Part shown: positions 23,829 through 35,548 of the stretch, one piece after another
How positions within the stretch are numbered: position 1 is the first letter of the stretch
Layout: every line of letters begins with the position of its first letter
Notes under the pieces: model-generated
Told to the model about the DNA's origin: nothing
The model's database searches: none
The model's input: only the letters and a program-made list of their open reading frames with translations
Source of the DNA: Octopus bimaculoides
Taxonomy: Eukaryota
DNA length: 49,940 nt
Reading direction: 5' to 3'
NCBI RefSeq assembly: GCF_001194135.2
Contig: NC_068995.1
Span: 41,577,218-41,627,157 of the forward strand
Translations under genes and position numbers: made by a program

Positions 23829-24719
23829 ATATCACAAACATTACAATGCAAGAATCGACAGAAAAGATCTACAAAGACTTAGAAACCAAACAACAAGATA
23901 GGTTGGGCACATGAATACACCTTCAGATTCGGCAGTTAAATCACAAACCGTCACCGTTTTAAGAAAAGAAGCATTTGATGAAATGATTTCGGGTTTACAG
24001 CACATAGGGGAATGAAGCTTGGTGCATATTTTATAGAGCTCGGAAGGATTAAAGGCAAAGTAGATACCGTACGTATTTGAACTCAGAATAATCCAATGTC
24101 TCTACACAACAACATGATCACCGCCTTTAGAGAATTTATACATTAAACTGTAGAGTGGCGGTCGTAGGAGTGGTGGTGGTGGTCACCCCCCCCCCCNNNN
24201 NNNNNNNNNNNNNNNNNNNNNNNNNNNNNNNNNNNNNNNNNNNNNNNNNNNNNNNNNNNNNNNNNNNNNNNNNNNNNNNNNNNNNNNNNNNNNNNNNNNN
24301 NNNNNNNNNNNNNNNNNNNNNNNNNNNNNNNNNNNNNNNNNNNNNNNNNNNNNNNNNNNNNNNNNNNNNNNNNNNNNNNNNNNNNNNNNNNNNNNNNNNN
24401 NNNNNNNNNNNNNNNNNNNNNNNNNNNNNNNNNNNNNNNNNNNNNNNNNNNNNNNNNNNNNNNNNNNNNNNNNNNNNNNNNNNNNNNNNNNNNNNNNNNN
24501 NNNNNNNNNNNNNNNNNNNNNNNNNNNNNNNNNNNNNNNNNNNNNNNNNNNNNNNNNNNNNNNNNNNNNNNNNNNNNNNNNNNNNNNNNNNNNNNNNNNN
24601 NNNNNNNNNNNNNNNNNNNNNNNNNNNNNNNNNNNNNNNNNNNNNNNNNNNNNNNNNNNNNNNNNNNNNNNNNNNNNNNNNNNNNNNNNNNNNNNNNNNN
24701 NNNNNNNNNNNNNNGAAAG

Positions 24720-24760
24720 GAAGAGTTTGATTGTTGGATAACAATAACAACAATAACAGT

Positions 24761-24820
<60 letters not shown>

Positions 24821-27130
24821 AAGAAAAAGAAGAAGAAGAAGAAGAAGAAGAAGAAGAAGAAAAAGAAGAAGAAGAAGGGGGGAGGAGAAGGAGAAGAAAA
24901 AGAAGAAGAAGGGGAGGAGGAGAAGGAGAAGTAGAAGAAGAAGAAGAAGAAGAAGAAGAAGAAGAAGAAGAAGAAGAAGAAGAAGCAAGAAGAAGAAGAA
25001 GAAGAAGAAGAAGAAGGGGAGGAGGAGAAGGGGAAGAAATCTGAAGAAGTGAAACGGGTGATGTTTGTCATATACATTAATTGATTGTTTAATATGGCGT
25101 CTGTCAAGCGTCCATTGATGGACGGATTAACAGCGATGTAGTAATGGGGGGGGGGTTACGGCTGTCGGAGATCGATCAAAGGTTGTGCTCTGGGACTTCC
25201 TTTTTGATTGTGTTGCCATTCCTAGACAAGAATGGGAGTGAATGATCCCTAGCAAAAATAAAAAAAGAGAAAAAAGTGGAAAGAGAAAGAAAAAGAAAAA
25301 AAAAGAAAACGAGGGAGAAGAGAGTGGAAGCTGATGGGACAGAGATAAGTAAAAGAATGAAATATGAAAGTGAAAGTGATAGAGAAGAAGAAAAAAATGA
25401 GATTAGGAATAAGGAAACGAAGAAAAGGAAGAGAAGGATATAAAAATAAAAGTAGAATAACGAAAAGTAATTTTAAAAAATGGTAAAAAGTAAAAAGAAA
25501 AAGTAGAAGTAAATATTGATTAGGAAAACAGAAAAGAATAAAAGAAAAGCGTAAAAGAAAGAAGGAATTACAAAAACGAAAGAAAATAGGGTGAAAGAGT
25601 GATTGAGTTACATAAATAGAAAGTAGAGAGAGCAGAATTAATGAAGANNNNNNNNNNNNNNNNNNNNNNNNNNNNNNNNNNNNNNNNNNNNNNNNNNNNN
25701 NNNNNNNNNNNNNNNNNNNNNNNNNNNNNNNNNNNNNNNNNNNNNNNNNNNNNNNNNNNNNNNNNNNNNNNNNNNNNNNNNNNNNNNNNNNNNNNNNNNN
25801 NNNNNNNNNNNNNNNNNNNNNNNNNNNNNNNNNNNNNNNNNNNNNNNNNNNNNNNNNNNNNNNNNNNNNNNNNNNNNNNNNNNNNNNNNNNNNNNNNNNN
25901 NNNNNNNNNNNNNNNNNNNNNNNNNNNNNNNNNNNNNNNNNNNNNNNNNNNNNNNNNNNNNNNNNNNNNNNNNNNNNNNNNNNNNNNNNNNNNNNNNNNN
26001 NNNNNNNNNNNNNNNNNNNNNNNNNNNNNNNNNNNNNNNNNNNNNNNNNNNNNNNNNNNNNNNNNNNNNNNNNNNNNNNNNNNNNNNNNNNNNNNNNNNN
26101 NNNNNNNNNNNNNNNNNNNNNNNNNNNNNNNNNNNNNNNNNNNNNNNNNNNNNNNNNNNNNNNNNNNNNNNNNNNNNNNNNNNNNNNNNNNNNNNNNNNN
26201 NNNNNNNNNNNNNNNNNNNNNNNNNNNNNNNNNNNNNNNNNNNNNNNNNNNNNNNNNNNNNNNNNNNNNNNNNNNNNNNNNNNNNNNNNNNNNNNNNNNN
26301 NNNNNNNNNNNNNNNNNNNNNNNNNNNNNNNNNNNNNNNNNNNNNNNNNNNNNNNNNNNNNNNNNNNNNNNNNNNNNNNNNNNNNNNNNNNNNNNNNNNN
26401 NNNNNNNNNNNNNNNNNNNNNNNNNNNNNNNNNNNNNNNNNNNNNNNNNNNNNNNNNNNNNNNNNNNNNNNNNNNNNNNNNNNNNNNNNNNNNNNNNNNN
26501 NNNNNNNNNNNNNNNNNNNNNNNNNNNNNNNNNNNNNNNNNNNNNNNNNNNNNNNATATATATATATATATATATATACATAGAAAGAGATGGAGCGAAA
26601 GAGGGAAAATAGAGGTATGGTGAAAGAGGGAGAGAGAAAAATATGAATTAAAGTATATAGGATGTATTAACAAAAAAAGAATAGGAAGAAAAATGGGGAA
26701 GAATGAAGCGAATGAAAGAAAATAAAAGAATATTGAACGAAAAACTGAAAACAAAAAGGAAAGAACAAAGACTGTTGATAAAACAACGTAACAAAAAATA
26801 TAAAGAAAACTAAATAGGAAAATAGAGGAAAACAGAAATATGAGCGAAAGAAACAAAAAGAAAGAAAGATATGAACGAAAGAAAGAAAGAAAGAATTGAT
26901 AAAAATACAAAGAAAAACAACAACAAACAAACTAATAAATAAAGAATATGATAAAATTAAATAATCCGTAAGAAAAGAAAGCAAGCGGTCAAGATGGACG
27001 GAAGGAAGAAAGAAAAGGAAGACGGCAAAGTAAAGAAAGCAAGGAAGAAAGAAAGAAAGGAAAAAAGGTTGGAAGAAAGATGGTGGGGGTGGGGGGAAGT
27101 ATGAAGTGCAAGTCAACAAAGGGAGAGAAT
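24720..27130 (+). repeat. Purine/A-skewed low-complexity domain: (AGT)n-(GAA)n then A/G-rich tracts around a gap
   Basis: Very few C on the plus strand at 24720-25040, 25250-25647 and 26580-27130. Confidence 0.85.
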
Positions 27131-27291
27131 GTAAGCAAGAAAGGTCTGTTTAAAGATATTAATTCTCTATCAAGTGTAGTTAATTACATCTAATGGAGTG
27201 AGGCTTATGTATTTAGTCGGCCTGACCAATGGAATCATGGGTAAAACTGCATCATGGGTAGAAGGGATCATCACCGTCATCCTCATTATTA

Positions 27292-27332
<41 letters not shown>

Positions 27333-27597
27333 TTACTTTTGTTTGTTGCTGGTTGTTTTTTTTTGTTTTTTTTTTTACTTTTTATTTCTTCTACCACGTT
27401 GAATATGTTTAGATTACGAGGTGTTGTTACGATGACGACTGGACAAGTTCACTCGGTCTGTTTGAAGACGTGCGATCCTATTATCCAGCATCAATCATCA
27501 CTCGTCAGTCATGAATCATCAACGTCAACAGACCTATTGTACTAATTAAAGGAAGAAAAAAAATCCCCTTCTGTCTGACTGTCTGTCTGTCTATATT

Positions 27598-27629
<32 letters not shown>

Positions 27630-27651
27630 TGTATGTATGTATGTATGTATG

Positions 27652-27760
27652 TATCATGTTGGAAGCACCGGTTCTCGTCCGATCACCGAAGTTAAGCAAC
27701 GTCGAGCGTAGTGAGTACTTAGATGGGTGACCGCATGGGAAACCTAGGTGCTGTAAGCGT
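27652..27760 (+). pseudogene. 5S: 5S rRNA-derived sequence, lacking about the first 11 nt
   Basis: 'tatcatgttggaagcaccggttctcgtccgatcaccgaagttaagcaacgtcgagc...agtacttagatgggtgaccgcatgggaa...ggtgctgtaagc' matches metazoan 5S rRNA, including box A and box C regions; the 5' strand of helix I is replaced by (ATGT)n. Confidence 0.92.
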
Positions 27761-27772
27761 CTCACACTTTTT

Positions 27773-28193
27773 GGCGCAGGAGTAGCTGTGTGGTAAGTAG
27801 CTTGCTTACCAACCACATGGTTCCGGGTTCAGTCCCACTGCGTGACACCTTGAGCAAGTGTCTTCTACAGAAGCCTCGGGCCGACCAAAGCCTTGTGAGT
27901 GGATTTGGTAGACGGAAACTGAAAAGAAGACCGTCGTATATATGTATATGTATATGTATGTGTATGTATATGTTTGTGTGTCAGTGTTTGTCCCCCCAAC
28001 ATCACTTGACAACCGATGCTGGTGTGTTTACGTCCCCGTAACTTAGCAGTTTCGGGAAAATCGACCGATAGAATAAGTGCTAGGCTTACAAAGAATAAGC
28101 TTTGGGGTCGATTTGCTCTACTAAAGGCAGTGCTCCAGCATGGCCACAGTCACATGTTTGAAACAAGTAAAAGAGTAAAAGAGAGTAAAAGAG
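27773..28193 (+). mobile_element. SINE family C, full length
   Basis: Collinear with 22370-22787. Confidence 0.95.
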
Positions 28194-30524
28194 ATATGCA
28201 TGCTTGTCGCTTCTATTTATTATTTATTGTAAATCTTCCACTGAGGAGAGAGCCAATTTCCGACAATGATACAAGACTTCATCTTTGGGATGTAGTTAAC
28301 ACAGACAAATTCACATTTGTGACTTCAGAAAAGTCTTGCATATTTTTACTGTTCCACTCACAGATTGCCCTTATAATGTACGAATCAGCCGGTCGATTTC
28401 TCTTTCTGAAAATCCCAGTTTATCCAGATTCTCCTTTAAGCATTTACTAACAAAACCTAGTGCTTTAATTATTATTGGTATGAATATGTCTGTCTGTCTG
28501 TCTGTCTGTCTGTATGTATCCATGCATGTATGTATGTAAGTATGTGTGTATGTATGTATGTATGTATGCTCTTCTCTCTCTTATGTTAATTTTAGTGTAA
28601 ATTTTGACCGGGCACCTGCTTGGTAGCGAGATGCATATATGTATTGGTATATATATGTAGATATATCTATGTACATATATGTGCATATATATATATATAN
28701 NNNNNNNNNNNNNNNNNNNNNNNNNNNNNNNNNNNNNNNNNNNNNNNNNNNNNNNNNNNNNNNNNNNNNNNNNNNNNNNNNNNNNNNNNNNNNNNNNNNN
28801 NNNNNNNNNNNNNNNNNNNNNNNNNNNNNNNNNNNNNNNNNNNNNNNNNNNNNNNNNNNNNNNNNNNNNNNNNNNNNNNNNNNNNNNNNNNNNNNNNNNN
28901 NNNNNNNNNNNNNNNNNNNNNNNNNNNNNNNNNNNNNNNNNNNNNNNNNNNNNNNNNNNNNNNNNNNNNNNNNNNNNNNNNNNNNNNNNNNNNNNNNNNN
29001 NNNNNNNNNNNNNNNNNNNNNNNNNNNNNNNNNNNNNNNNNNNNNNNNNNNNNNNNNNNNNNNNNNNNNNNNNNNNNNNNNNNNNNNNNNNNNNNNNNNN
29101 NNNNNNNNNNNNNNNNNNNNNNNNNNNNNNNNNNNNNNNNNNNNNNNNNNNNNNNNNNNNNNNNNNNNNNNNNNNNNNNNNNNNNNNNNNNNNNNNNNNN
29201 NNNNNNNNNNNNNNNNNNNNNNNNNNNNNNNNNNNNNNNNNNNNNNNNNNNNNNNNNNNNNNNNNNNNNNNNNNTATATATATATGCATATACATATATG
29301 TATACGTGTGTGTGTGTTGTGTATGATTAAATAAATTTTAAAGTATTTTATGAATTTCCTTGGAATACCCTGGCAGAATGTTTCATTGTTTTCTTCTTTG
29401 ATGACAGAAGAGTTCGTCTGAGTGCCATGTGGTGTAAATTACTCATTTCACAGTTTTCATAGTTACGTTGTATAGTATATGTCCAGCAAATGTATGACGA
29501 GGTGTATATTATAAGTATTGTTATATTTTGAACAATTTCATGTGTTTTTCTGGCTATCTACACGAATTCTATGAAGATGATGGCATTCTGCCGCGGTTGA
29601 AATTATATTAAAATAATGCTGAATACAAAGTTAAATTTGGAACACGAAAATAATACAAAGACCTGAGAAAAAAAAACAAACAAAATATAAATAAACGAGA
29701 ACTCTTTATATAACAGGAAGCAATAAGGTAAAAACTAATTAGAGTGAAGAAGAAGGAAGTTTAGGAAAGAACAAAGTAATAGAAACGGTAAAACATCGCC
29801 ATTATGAGGAACAAAGGATAAATTCAAAACGGAACTCCAAAATATTAGTGAAATAAAAATGAAGGAACAAACCTCTTCTATGGTCAGGAGGTAGGGAAGT
29901 AAGCCAATATGGAAGCCAACAATAGATCAAAAGCTCTCAACTAATGGCAGAGAAACGGAAGAATATGTCTAGTCACAAATAAAGAAATGAATACATAAAT
30001 AAATAAAAGAAATTAATAATACAAGAGGCTAACATCAACGGTGCATTAACATAAACATTAAAAAAACCCTCACAAAAAAGCAAATAACCACATCATTTCC
30101 GGTTGAGAAGTCGTGATAAAGACAAAGTACATCCATAGACGTGTCTGTACGGGCAATATGGAGATGGCTGTATTTTAAACGTGAAAATAAATAATGGTGC
30201 ACAGCAAAGCCAGTCTGGGACAATAACATGGATATGGTACTATGGGACATATTTCTCTAGACTGGCAATAAGATCAAAAGGACTCGGTCAAAAACTATAA
30301 TCGATGCTGAATCGAAGACGGATGTCAGCTGATTGGCATCTTAATCCCATGGTGTAGAAACGGCCGTTCCAAGATAGACTAACATCTATAAAAGTTTAAA
30401 ACCTTGAAATGAAAATATCCTAGAAAATATTTATCCTAGAAATATTTTTTGTATCAGTAATTACTTAGGGTTTAAGTTTAATAAAAACAATATTAAATCA
30501 AACAAATGAGGGTACATTTATGCG

Positions 30525-30715
30525 GTCTAATGACCTGTTAGAAATAACAACCAAATCTCTCTCAAATCAACGTACCATCTTAAATGAATAAAGAACATTG
30601 GGTAATGTAGTCTGTGTTAGACTATGGTGCAAAACAAGTTGTGTTGGTCAATAGCGGAGTGTTTTTTTTTTATCATAGTCCTACTCAGTTTGGACCGACT
30701 TATACAAAACACCTA
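30525..30715 (+). repeat. Unclassified interspersed repeat F (copy 3)
   Basis: 'gacctgttagaaataacaaccaaatctctctcaaatca...acattgggtaatgtagtc'. Confidence 0.6.
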
Positions 30716-31164
30716 TGACAACAATTCATTAACAGAACAATAGATAACATAAATAGGAGTCAAAGTGGCGCCATTTGACTGAATCTCTCCGAAATGTCAA
30801 GAAATATAGATTTGGATTAAAAACTGAATATAAAAATATAATCCAACAACATCGTGGACAAAGCTGACTTTTGTATGTAAGTGCCTGGAACGAAGTATAA
30901 TGCTCTGGAGATTGCACTCAGGAAAATGTACAATGGACAAAAGAATAGCTCTAGTAGCTATATAGGAGCTCTATGAAACAGGGTTCTCCAAAAAAAAGAA
31001 GAAAAATACTTGAAGAACTGCATGAGAAACTTTCTAAATACGGGGAGCTAGGAAGTGGCCCTATTCTACATAAAATTTCCTCTATTTTAAACTTACCAGT
31101 CACGTGTTGCAATCGGTATTTTAGAATCTCGGGTAAATTATATGTATCTTTAGTAGAATGATAA

Positions 31165-31547
31165 GGAGGCGCAATGGCCCAGTGGTTAAGGTAGCGGACT
31201 CGCGGTCGTAGGATCGCGGTTTCGATTCCCAGACCGGGCGTTTGTGAGTGTTTATTGAGCGAAAACACCTAAAGCTCCACGAGGCTCCGGCAGGGGTGGT
31301 GGCGAACCCTGCTGTACTCTTTCACCACAACTTTCTCTCACTCTATCTTCCTGTTTCTGTTGTACCTGTATTTCAAAGGGGCCAGCCTTGTCACACTCTG
31401 TGTCACGTTGAATCTTCCCCGAGAACTACGTTATGGGCACACGTGTCTGTGGAGTGCTCAGTCACTTGCACGTTAATTTCACGAGCAGGCTGTTCCGTTG
31501 ATCGGATCAACTGGAACCCTCGTCGTTGTAACCGATGGAATGCCAAC
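31165..31547 (+). mobile_element. SINE family A, full length
   Basis: 'ggaggcgcaatggcccagtggttaaggtagcggactcgcggtcgtaggatcgcggtttcgattcccagacc...'. Confidence 0.95.
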
Positions 31548-31789
31548 CGAGAATGATAATGATGATGATGACGACGACGACGATATGTAAGATTGATCCA
31601 GTAGAGTTTGAACACCGAACCTGAAGGTAAGTAATTTATTAAATATTATTAATCATTTAATGTATGGCGCTCAGCCGGCTCTTTCATTAAAATATGATTT
31701 CTGACTGAGGCACACTGTCACAAATTTGGAGATGAGGTCAACTGGGGAATTACTTGCCCTCAGTTTATCATGAGTATTTAGTTGATAAA

Positions 31790-31995
31790 TTTGGCTCAAA
31801 GGTGAAATATTGTCAACGGTGGAATTTGAACCTCGATCATACAGGAGCAAGCGAAATGTAGCATGGCGTTTTATTCAGCGCTCTACCAATATCGCCACTT
31901 AGCGGAATTTCAGCGTAGAATGAAATAAACCAATGGTATTTGAACTCAAAACAAAACAACGCATGGTATTTCGTCAAGCAATGCTCCGGTTCTGC
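31790..31995 (-). mobile_element. Old, degenerate family-B-like SINE fragments
   Basis: 'gtcaacggtggaatttgaacctc' and 'ggtatttgaactcaaaac' resemble the family B B-box region; a similar remnant lies at ~24005-24130. Confidence 0.45.
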
Positions 31996-32065
31996 CATCG
32001 CAATTACAACATGAATCTCATATGACAATTGTGTGTGCGTGTGTGTGTGTGCGCCCCTGCGTACG

Positions 32066-32123
<58 letters not shown>

Positions 32124-32419
32124 CGTGCGCACGGATCGCTTCTGATTTAATCTGAACGAAGCGGAATTAAATGGTAAAAATAGTCATCAGTGAAGTGTTG
32201 GGGGACTTAATCTAGACAACAAATAATCTACTACTACTACTACTACTACTAATAATAATAATAATGATAATAATGTGACGATGGTGATGATGATGATGAA
32301 AAGAAAAAGAAGAATGAAAATGTTTGTTCTTATATTGAGAATAGCATAAACATCGGAAATTGTAAATTTTCACTTTCACTTTTAGAAAAGGATTCTATTT
32401 TGTTAAGGCCATTAGAGAC

Positions 32420-32600
32420 TCACTTGCAAATGGCGGCTGGCAAAATCTCGGCGGATTCACTTTGCAGTTGATTACATTACCTTACATTTAATGTACTTCG
32501 TTTTGTGCATTTATTATTGAATCTGCGGTTTTATGGACAGAGCTTGGCATGACGGGTAACGCGTGACGTCATCACGCCACCACGCTCGTTGGTTGAGTTG
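32420..32600. promoter_or_regulatory. CpG-rich island with YY1-like motif and full CRE
   Basis: AAATGGCGGC (32428-32437); TGACGTCA (32564-32571) inside GCGTGA-cgtca-TCACGC. Motif evidence only. Confidence 0.3.
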
Positions 32601-32926
32601 TCTGCTTGGTTTGTTTGTTTATAGTGTTGGGCATTACAACACAATACGGTCAAAAAGAGGTCTCCATACTACGGTATCTTATTATTATTATTATTATTAT
32701 TATTAGTAGTAGTAGTAGTAGTAGTAGTAGTAATGGTGGTGGTAGTGGTGGTGGTGGTTTTCGTAGAGTCAGAAGGAATTATGGGTTAATATTTCATTGA
32801 GGTTTTTGTCATTGTATCTTATGAATTGTATCTTATGATTAGTTTTAAAATACAATACTTCTATAACCTAAGCAGATATAGTTATAAAAATGCACACATG
32901 CATTTGCACTAACGCAAAATTCACGT

Positions 32927-33004
<78 letters not shown>

Positions 33005-33014
<10 letters not shown>

Positions 33015-33226
33015 TGTGCCTGTGCTTGTGCCCCCCCCCCCATCGCTTGACAACCGATGCTGGTGTGATTACGTCCTCGTAACTTAGCGGTTCGGTAAAA
33101 GGGCCCGATAGAATAAGTACTAAGCTTACAAAGAATAAGTCCTGGGATCGATTTTCACGACTAAAGGCCGTGCTCCAGCATAGCCGCAGTCAAATGACTG
33201 AAACAAGTAAAAGACTAAAAGAGAGT
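33005..33226 (+). mobile_element. SINE family C, 3' half preceded by long (TA)/(TG) tract
   Basis: 'catcgcttgacaaccgatgctggtgtg...gtgctccagcatagccgcagtcaaatgactgaaacaagtaaaag'. Confidence 0.92.
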
Positions 33227-34153
33227 AACGAATATATATCTCTGGTTAATCTGTTGTGTGGAAGAAAAATAGGCGACCCAAAACGGAAAACATTGAACAA
33301 GACATCTTCATAAAAGTATTTTATTTTCACTGCAGTTGTATAGTTCATTCTCAATTTGCGATCAAGGATATTAAGCAGTCCACCTTGTATTATAAAGTCT
33401 GCAGTTTCTCCTTAATATAATAATAAAGAAGTGTATTTTCACATCACTTAGTTTACATATTCAATGCAAAGTTTTAAAGCAATGAAATGGTTGCATATCT
33501 TTGGAATTTTCAATTTCGCAATAAATATTTAATCCTAATTTATCTCTTTAAGGCTAGCACTTAAACTTGCTGTTTACAATGTTCGTTAACAACTTTGTAT
33601 CTACGTAGGACAGATGACGTATATTACATAGCGTGCATACGTTTAGTTTATTTACGTCACCATTAGTATGGTAGAATATGGTATGTATGTATGTATGTAT
33701 GTATGTATGTATGTATGTATATAAATGCAGGAAATCAGAGAGAGATAGCGAAAAAGAGGGAGAGAGACAGATATACTGTGAGATAGATAGATAGATAAAT
33801 AGATAGATAGATACACAAATATAGATAGATAGTCAGACAATTGTATAGGTATATATGGACCAATTTTCTTAGAGTCTTATTATAGGATTATATTAACAAG
33901 AAACGGTTTAATTTAATTATATATTAAGTGGTTAAGGTATTTATTTCTTGCTTAGATTGGCAAATATTTTCTCTCATGCTAATGCAAAGATTAAACTCAT
34001 AGAAAATGCGGAGTTCGTTTCAATTGTGATAGGAATTTGGTTTTAATATTTTATAATTAATTTAATTCAACACGGGTTTCACTTAGAACGGCTTAAATTT
34101 TCCAGCTTTTATATTCCAAGGAACTGATACAAATTGAATTAATCAACATATGT

Positions 34154-34187
<34 letters not shown>

Positions 34188-35040
34188 NNNNNNNNNNNNN
34201 NNNNNNNNNNNNNNNNNNNNNNNNNNNNNNNNNNNNNNNNNNNNNNNNNNNNNNNNNNNNNNNNNNNNNNNNNNNNNNNNNNNNNNNNNNNNNNNNNNNN
34301 NNNNNNNNNNNNNNNNNNNNNNNNNNNNNNNNNNNNNNNNNNNNNNNNNNNNNNNNNNNNNNNNNNNNNNNNNNNNNNNNNNNNNNNNNNNNNNNNNNNN
34401 NNNNNNNNNNNNNNNNNNNNNNNNNNNNNNNNNNNNNNNNNNNNNNNNNNNNNNNNNNNNNNNNNNNNNNNNNNNNNNNNNNNNNNNNNNNNNNNNNNNN
34501 NNNNNNNNNNNNNNNNNNNNNNNNNNNNNNNNNNNNNNNNNNNNNNNNNNNNNNNNNNNNNNNNNNNNNNNNNNNNNNNNNNNNNNNNNNNNNNNNNNNN
34601 NNNNNNNNNNNNNNNNNNNNNNNNNNNNNNNNNNNNNNNNNNNNNNNNNNNNNNNNNNNNNNNNNNNNNNNNNNNNNATATATATAGAAAAAGAGAGAGA
34701 GAGAGAGAGAAGTATAATAATAAGTATATATAATTTTGGGGACCTGGGGATTTCGTCCGATAGCTGTCCTCATCAGTGAAGAGGAAGGCTGGAAAAACTA
34801 GTAGAAAAGCATTCAACCTCTATTTTTGCTGTACGAGTTTGACCCTCAAGTGACAAATGACCATTCCTAAAGCATGAAAAACTACTCGTAATCTTGTGTT
34901 TTGCTCCTGGCAGAGTTCTTGTAGGCTGTTTAAAGCACGACAACTGTTTTTTTTTTTTCATACATTTAAACACAGAATAAAATTATTCTCCAGTTATGTT
35001 AAAAAGTTAAACTTCTTTTAGTCAAGCAAAAAAGAAAATA

Positions 35041-35325
35041 TATTCTTTCATTCTTTTATACGTTTCAACCCTAAGATTGCGGCCGTGCTGGAGCACCGCC
35101 AGTGTGATCACCTTTCCAATGGCCAATCTTATGTGAGTGGCTTATAGTGAAGGCGGGAGTTTGACATGTTGCCCTCTTTTGAGTTTTTGGCCTTGAAAGG
35201 TTCATCTGGGACCTTGGATGGTAAGAGGTCAATTTGTTTCTTGGAAGTATCTACCACTACTGGGTGAAGATCCCTCAAATGTTTTGGCAATGCGTTAAAT
35301 ATCTGTGGGCCCTTGAATTGCAATA
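35041..35325 (-). mobile_element. CR1/L2-type LINE, 3' terminal fragment (end of ORF2 + 3' UTR)
   Basis: Translation FKGPQIFNALPKHLRDLH...KKQIDLLPSKVPDEP resembles the ORF2 C-terminus of CR1/L2-group LINEs (GPxxFNxLP...FKxxLDxxL...PDEP); 3' UTR ends 'tgaaacgtataaaagaatgaaagaa'. Confidence 0.8.
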
Positions 35326-35504
35326 AGAAAAGTATATACATACTCACACACATTTATGCATTTGTTTTGCAAGATTCTTGATGTGAAATCGAGTGTTGAA
35401 ACAAATATTGTTATGCTTGGGAATGTTCATATCATGCTACTTAAACAAATGCACGATAGTGCATGTGTTTCACTGGGAAAATATGACAGTCCCCAAGTGC
35501 AACA

Positions 35505-35548
<44 letters not shown>

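Noticed and set aside
27652-27760. Functional 5S rRNA gene
   Set aside because: The 5' strand of helix I is missing, there are unpaired substitutions, and it is solitary rather than arrayed.
28016-28450. ORF with WD40-like 'DTRLHLWDV'
   Set aside because: The ORF starts inside a SINE, has a single short motif and no convincing donor site.
30973-31161. 62-aa ORF with NLS-like PKKRRK
   Set aside because: The motif derives from a poly-A run; short, with no splice or homology support.
31600-31635. Perfect AAG|GTAAGT donor on the plus strand (also ACG|GTGAGT at ~39700)
   Set aside because: No matching polypyrimidine acceptor or interpretable frame; isolated donors are expected by chance in 50 kb.
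34751-34776. Hammerhead-like core on the minus strand (CTGATGA...GAAA)
   Set aside because: Stem II (GGAC...GGAC) does not pair and no stem I/III complements are present.
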